Below, in pieces: positions 59,752-64,000 of a stretch of 64,000 nt of DNA (the stretch's first letter is position 1; every line of letters begins with the position of its first letter). A model generated the notes under the pieces. The model searched no databases, was not told where the DNA came from, and saw only the letters and a program-made list of their open reading frames with translations. The stretch is from Nitrospirota bacterium. GTDB taxonomy: Bacteria; Nitrospirota; Thermodesulfovibrionia; Thermodesulfovibrionales; UBA9159. The position numbers and the translations under genes were made by a program. Location: positions 96,001 through 160,000 of the forward strand of contig CAVOUE010000010.1 of assembly GCA_963699545.1 (NCBI GenBank). Direction: 5' to 3'.

Positions 59752-59919
59752 TCATTTGCCTGAGCCGCAGCAGAACTGAAACCCTTGCTTGCCGGTCTCT
59801 TCACCGCAACAGTTCTTGAAGGCGGCTGCAACGTTCTCCTTGACGCCCTCTCCTTTAATTTCTATGCGGAGGCCGTCTTCGGTCTCGGTCACCTTCACAT
59901 TGCAACACTCTTTTTCCAT
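59752..59919 (-). CDS. 55-aa protein with three Cys-Cys pairs (not in the ORF track)
   Basis: AAGGAGG RBS; MEKECCNVKVTETEDGLRIEIKGEGVKENVAAAFKNCCGEETGKQGFQFCCGSGK*. Confidence 0.75.
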   Translation of the reverse strand: MEKECCNVKVTETEDGLRIEIKGEGVKENVAAAFKNCCGEETGKQGFQFCCGSGK

Positions 59920-59982
59920 CTCTCTCACCTCCTTTCAGTCTATGATTATTCGACAACACTCGAACAAGACAGCCAAAAAAAA

Positions 59983-60321
59983 CTACTTGAGGAAATCCTT
60001 CATGGTATCAATTACCTCCTTGTTGACCCTGCAGCGATACATCTGGCCTTCGCGCTCACAGGTAATAAGGCCTGCATTCTGGAGTTCCTTAAAATGATGC
60101 GATATTGTTGACCTCGAAAGTTTCATGCGGTCGCAGATCTTTGTAAACGCCCTCTCAAGACTTCCAGCGACTCCGCAGCACGACTCCCCTTTTATGCGAA
60201 ATTCGGCCGCAACCTTGGACCCTTCAGGCATGCAACAGTTCTTGTAGATCATCAGAAATATCTTCAGCCGCTGCTCGTTCGACAGGGCCTTGAAGATTCT
60301 TGCGTAGTTCGATAGTTCCAT
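59983..60321 (-). CDS. ArsR/SmtB family regulator
   Basis: FKALSNEQRLKI, STISHHFKELQNAGLI; two Cys-Cys pairs; upstream TTGACA-N17-TATTCT (60356-60328). Confidence 0.9.
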   Translation of the reverse strand: MELSNYARIFKALSNEQRLKIFLMIYKNCCMPEGSKVAAEFRIKGESCCGVAGSLERAFTKICDRMKLSRSTISHHFKELQNAGLITCEREGQMYRCRVNKEVIDTMKDFLK

Positions 60322-60439
60322 ACTCATAGAATAATCTAATCAAACATTATTGTCAAGTATTATTTTCAGTAGCCCTTTTCAGCTTGGCCCGGATAATTCA
60401 TAACCTCTCCTGGGGGAAAAAGCTCATGAACACGATGGG

Positions 60440-61973
60440 TTAAAATACTCCCCTGTCAAGGGTCCTGTATTGTATGGCTTCGGAGAACATGATGGCTCTG
60501 GATATCTGCCGTACCCTCAAGGTCTGAGATCGTCCTCGAGACCTTCAATATTCTCATGTATGCCCTGGCGCTCAGGCCGAGCTTCTGCATCGCCGTATCC
60601 AGAAGACCGCGGGCATCATCCTTGAGGTTGCAGTATTTCTTGATGTGCCTCGTCTTCATCTGGCCGTTGCAGTAGATCCTGTCTCCCCTGAACCGTTCGA
60701 GTTGCCGGTCCCTCGCCTTCATTACCCGCTCCCTTATAGTCTCCGACTTCTCCCCTGAGAGTTCAGTTGAAAGCTCCTTATAGGGCACCGCAGGCACTTC
60801 TATATGTATGTCGATCCTGTCCAGGAGAGGCCCTGATACCCTCCTCCGGTACCGATGGATCTGCCCCGGACCGCACGTGCATTGATGTTTCGGGTCTCCC
60901 AGGTAGCCGCAGGGGCAGGGGTTCATGGCGCTCACGAGCATGAATGAAGCCGGATATGTGATCGAAGCCACTGCCCTTGATACAGTCACCTCCCCGTTTT
61001 CGAGCGGCTGTCTCAGGACTTCAAGGACATTCCTTTTGAACTCGGGGAGTTCATCCAGAAACAAGACACCGTTATGTGCAAGGCTTACCTCTCCCGGCTT
61101 CGGCACCTGTCCCCCTCCTATAAGGGCGACATCCGAGATGGTGTGGTGCGGGGCCCTGAATGGTCGTATTGCCAGAAGCGGCTGCCCGTCCTTGAGAAGA
61201 CCTGCAACACTGTGGATCCTTGTGCTCTCGAGCGCTTCATCAAAGGTCATTCCCGGGAGTATGGTCGGAAGCCTCTTCGAAAGCATGGTTTTTCCGGACC
61301 CTGGCGGACCGATGGTCAGTACGTTGTGACCGCCCGCAGCAGAGACCTCAAGGGCCCTTTTTGCGTGCTCCTGGCCTTTTACCTCGGAGAAGTCCTCTTC
61401 ATACACCGAGTTCTCTTCAAGTGCCCTTACAGGGTCTATGGTGAGGGGGAGCTTCGGTTCGACTGCAGTCAGAAATTCGATCACTTCAGGGAGGCTTTCG
61501 AGACCGAAGACATTCACGCCGCTCACGACCGCGGCCTCAGGCGCGTTCTCCCTCGGAAGCACAAGTCCTTTCAATCCCAGCCCTCTCGCGAGGATCGCCA
61601 TCGAGAGGGCCCCGCGCACGGGCTTTATCCTGCCGTCAAGGGAAAGTTCACCGGTGAAGAGATACCCCTTGAGGAGTTCCGGGTCGATGACGCCCTCCGC
61701 GGCAATGATCCCTATGGCAATGGGGAGATCGAAAGAAGACCCTTCTTTCTTCAGATCAGCGGGCGCAAGGTTCACGGTGATCTGCTTGAGAGGGAAGTTG
61801 AACCCGATATTCTTCAGGGCCGGTCTCACCCTGTCACGGCTTTCCTTCACCGCAAGGTCAGGAAGCCCGACCATCGAGAAATGGGGAAGGCCCCGCGCAG
61901 TTATATCGACCTCCACCTCGACCATGTGGGCATCGATACCGACCACGCTGGCGCTCTGTATTTTTGCGAGCAT
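60440..61973 (-). CDS. comM: YifB/ComM Mg-chelatase-like AAA ATPase (3' frameshift)
   Basis: [44 protein letters not shown]. Confidence 0.93.
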
Positions 61974-62033
61974 TGCGGTATTATATTTTCAATAAGGCAC
62001 AAATGCAACTGCTTTCGTACGCAGTCGTCCTAA

Positions 62034-62063
62034 TTGACAAGGAATTCATCCTGCGTGTATTCT
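62034..62063 (+). promoter_or_regulatory. sigma70 promoter of the tRNA pair (TTGACA-N18-TATTCT)
   Basis: Hexamers end 11 nt upstream of tRNA-Lys. Confidence 0.6.
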
Positions 62064-62074
62064 ATTAGACTCAA

Positions 62075-62147
62075 GGGCCGCTAGCTCAGTTGGTAGAGCA
62101 ACGCCCTTTTAAGGCGTGGGTCGATGGTTCGAATCCATCGCGGCTCA
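62075..62147 (+). tRNA. tRNA-Lys (anticodon TTT)
   Basis: Cloverleaf: GGGCCGC/GCGGCTC acceptor stem, ACGCC-CTTTTAA-GGCGT anticodon arm, GGTTCGAATCC. Confidence 0.95.
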
Positions 62148-62148
62148 T

Positions 62149-62226
62149 GTCCCCATCGTCTAGTCTGGCCTAGGACATCGCCCTTTCAAGGCGGTAACGC
62201 GGGTTCGAATCCCACTGGGGACGCCA
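62149..62226 (+). tRNA. tRNA-Glu (anticodon TTC), encoded CCA
   Basis: GTCCCCA/TGGGGAC acceptor stem, TCGCC-CTTTCAA-GGCGG anticodon arm, GGTTCGAATCC. Confidence 0.95.
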
Positions 62227-62234
62227 GTAAATTC

Positions 62235-62261
62235 AAGAGGTTACAGCCTGTAACCTCTTTT
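62235..62261 (+). terminator. Hairpin after tRNA-Glu
   Basis: AAGAGGTTACA-GCC-TGTAACCTCTT followed by T residues. Confidence 0.65.
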
Positions 62262-62483
62262 CTGTTTCATCGGATCGTAGCAAAATTGCAGCAGTCCCCT
62301 TTGCCTCGATCACTTTGATAGCCTCTCTGAGACACTCATCAGTAAGAATTGACCATCCGGAATTGGCAGGGAATTCGGCGAGGTCAAATAATTGGATAAA
62401 TTTTTGATTATCTTATCGAAGGCAGGATCAATTTTTTGTTTCCAAGGGGATGATTTTGACTTCATGCGGGAGAAGTATCCAGT

Positions 62484-62543
62484 AACACAACGCTAAGGAG
62501 CGCGGCAGCTTTTTACGGTCCAAGTTAATTTGCCTTATTAGGG
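62484..62543 (-). mobile_element. Degenerate/truncated integron attC site
   Basis: Minus strand CCCTAAT-AAGGCAAATTAACTTGGACCGTAAAAAGC...; CCCTAA(T) complements the GTTAGGG at this cassette's 5' end; right arm missing. Confidence 0.6.
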
Positions 62544-63046
62544 AACTTTGCTGCGCACCTTGCCACCAACGCAGTGAGTTTATCTAACTGTGATGAGCAG
62601 AATTCAATAACATCGTTGTCCTCTCGATCGACGAAATAGCGCCTGAGAGTGACATTCCGCGACTCAACTGCTTTTTCGGGTACAACGGGTTCTGCATCGG
62701 GAGAGAGTTCATCACCCTCTTTGACCAAGATCGCGTCAAAACTACACGAAACTGCGCGAGTGGTCCCTATATGAACGGGTTTTCGGTGCACATCTTCAAC
62801 ACGAGCCTCCTTTAAGCACCTTAGCTCTTCATCTGCTACCATCCTTGTTTGTTCCATGCAGTACCACTCTGGAAACCCAGTCTTTTTTCCGTATTGCTTC
62901 TGCATATAGAAGGTGATGCTTCGAGCTGCAGACAAAAAAGCACTAAGAAAGTAAGAAAACTCGTCATCCTCCTGATAGTGTTTCTTTGCTTGTCGGAGGT
63001 GAAATTCTGCTTCCTTGGCTTTATATTGCCTAGGATTCTCGATCAC
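62525..63046 (-). CDS. Gene-cassette ORF, HEPN-like hypothetical protein
   Basis: Lies between two attC sites with a GAGGGG RBS; Rx4H motif (RVEDVH); ends PNKAN inside the attC. Confidence 0.65.
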   Translation of the reverse strand: MIENPRQYKAKEAEFHLRQAKKHYQEDDEFSYFLSAFLSAARSITFYMQKQYGKKTGFPEWYCMEQTRMVADEELRCLKEARVEDVHRKPVHIGTTRAVSCSFDAILVKEGDELSPDAEPVVPEKAVESRNVTLRRYFVDREDNDVIEFCSSQLDKLTALVARCAAKFPNKAN

Positions 63047-63065
63047 GTCAATGTCCCCTCATTAA

Positions 63066-63157
63066 CCCTAACGACAGCCATAAGCTACGCCGGAAAAAGG
63101 AATGAATGAAAATCAAACCACGTCTATTCGGCGTCGGCCTCCATGGTATTGTTAAGC
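63066..63157 (-). mobile_element. Integron attC site (92 bp)
   Basis: R'' GCTTAAC, 5-nt spacer, L'' CCATGGAGGC pairing with GCTTATGG (extrahelical G), ACGCCG/CGGCGT stem, R' GTTAGGG. Confidence 0.85.
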
Positions 63158-63161
63158 ATTA

Positions 63162-63818
63162 TCAAATTAGAGTTGTGTAGCCGTCTCTGAGTAATTCTGC
63201 TTCATTTGCTGAAGAAACAGCTTCAAGAACTCTTTTGTTTTGAGGATAAAATAAAACTAATATGGCGGCAAAGTCCGGCCTTGGATTGAGATAAAAGATG
63301 TGATTAAAAATCATTGTATTCGTATGACAATATTTAATGACCAACGCGGTGATTGAGTCAATAAGACCAAGTTTCCCATCAGTATTGTAAATGATTAACG
63401 ACTTTGTCTTGGTCTTGCCATAAGATTTGTATTTCTCAGATTTACTCTGGATAAGTCCCTTCAAGTATTCATATCTTTCTTGCGCAGAGTATTTTGATTT
63501 TAAATTCTTGTAGCCCTCCTTAGTCAAAGGTGCATCTTCCACCAATTCAACACCCATTGCCCCCAAGGAAGTATTGATACGGAAATCAATATCATGATCA
63601 GAGACTTTTACGGACACACTTAGAATTTTAAAGCACTTTTCTTGATCAGGTTGTTTGCAAAATATGTTCATGATGAACTTGACGACATTTTGAGTCCTTC
63701 TACGTTTATAGGTTTTGCCCCGACACATACTCCCGGGTGTACGAGTTTGGAACTCCCGCCGATGCCGAAATTTTTCACCTCCCCTCCCGCAGTATTTATG
63801 AATGAAGAGTATTTTCAA
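63162..63818 (-). CDS. AT-rich cassette ORF, hypothetical (possible PD-(D/E)xK-like fold)
   Basis: Stops a few nt before the attC R''; DIDF...GVELVE motif; start uncertain. Confidence 0.55.
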   Translation of the reverse strand: MKILFIHKYCGRGGEKFRHRREFQTRTPGSMCRGKTYKRRRTQNVVKFIMNIFCKQPDQEKCFKILSVSVKVSDHDIDFRINTSLGAMGVELVEDAPLTKEGYKNLKSKYSAQERYEYLKGLIQSKSEKYKSYGKTKTKSLIIYNTDGKLGLIDSITALVIKYCHTNTMIFNHIFYLNPRPDFAAILVLFYPQNKRVLEAVSSANEAELLRDGYTTLI

Positions 63819-63841
63819 AAAGTAAGCTCCTTATAGAAGGA

Positions 63842-64000
63842 TTAGCTTGATTGGATAATGCGCACCATCTCTTGTGCCCTGTTCGCCCACTCTGCTTGCT
63901 TAAGAAAATCCTCGATAACCTCTGCTTCCATTGTCACCGAGGCAGCGGAAGCGATCTGTTCCTCAAATTCTTTCTCTGTTCCCGCTAAATACACATAGGG
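63842..64000 (-). CDS. 3' end of a hypothetical protein (runs off the window)
   Basis: Open frame PYVYLAGTEKEFEEQ...RIIQSS*. Confidence 0.45.
   Translation of the reverse strand, partial: PYVYLAGTEKEFEEQIASAASVTMEAEVIEDFLKQAEWANRAQEMVRIIQSS

Overview
Bacterial chromosomal window of moderate GC. Gene content suggests Nitrospirota (Thermodesulfovibrionia-like) or a related anaerobe; this is an inference. About 20 genes are split by single-base indels, mostly in homopolymers, which are probably long-read assembly errors. Core content: dTDP-rhamnose genes, an lpxL-like acyltransferase, a Lon-like protease, xerD, cysK, a split atp operon (b', b, delta, alpha, gamma, beta, epsilon), bioF, pdxA, a phosphohexomutase, tyrS, cobA-hemD, dGTPase, glgP, ogt, comM, tRNA-Lys and tRNA-Glu. 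Accessory or unusual content: (1) integron attC-bounded gene cassettes beside tRNA-Glu, carrying HEPN-like and nuclease-like orphans; (2) a LemA / HEAT / LemA / GIDE(BAM)-HEAT membrane locus; (3) a candidate ~155-nt sRNA after atpC with a near-consensus promoter; (4) a perR-katG-sodC-bfr-ccp oxygen-defence cluster with a high-GC katG; (5) an ECF sigma/SHOCT/DGC islet flanked by ~140-bp direct repeats; (6) ArsR followed by an unannotated 55-aa protein with three Cys-Cys pairs; (7) an HD-GYP regulator coupled to a kinase-REC-REC-GGDAF protein; (8) a sigma54 promoter module; (9) about ten apparently leaderless genes; (10) 7-bp periodic repeats inside housekeeping genes.
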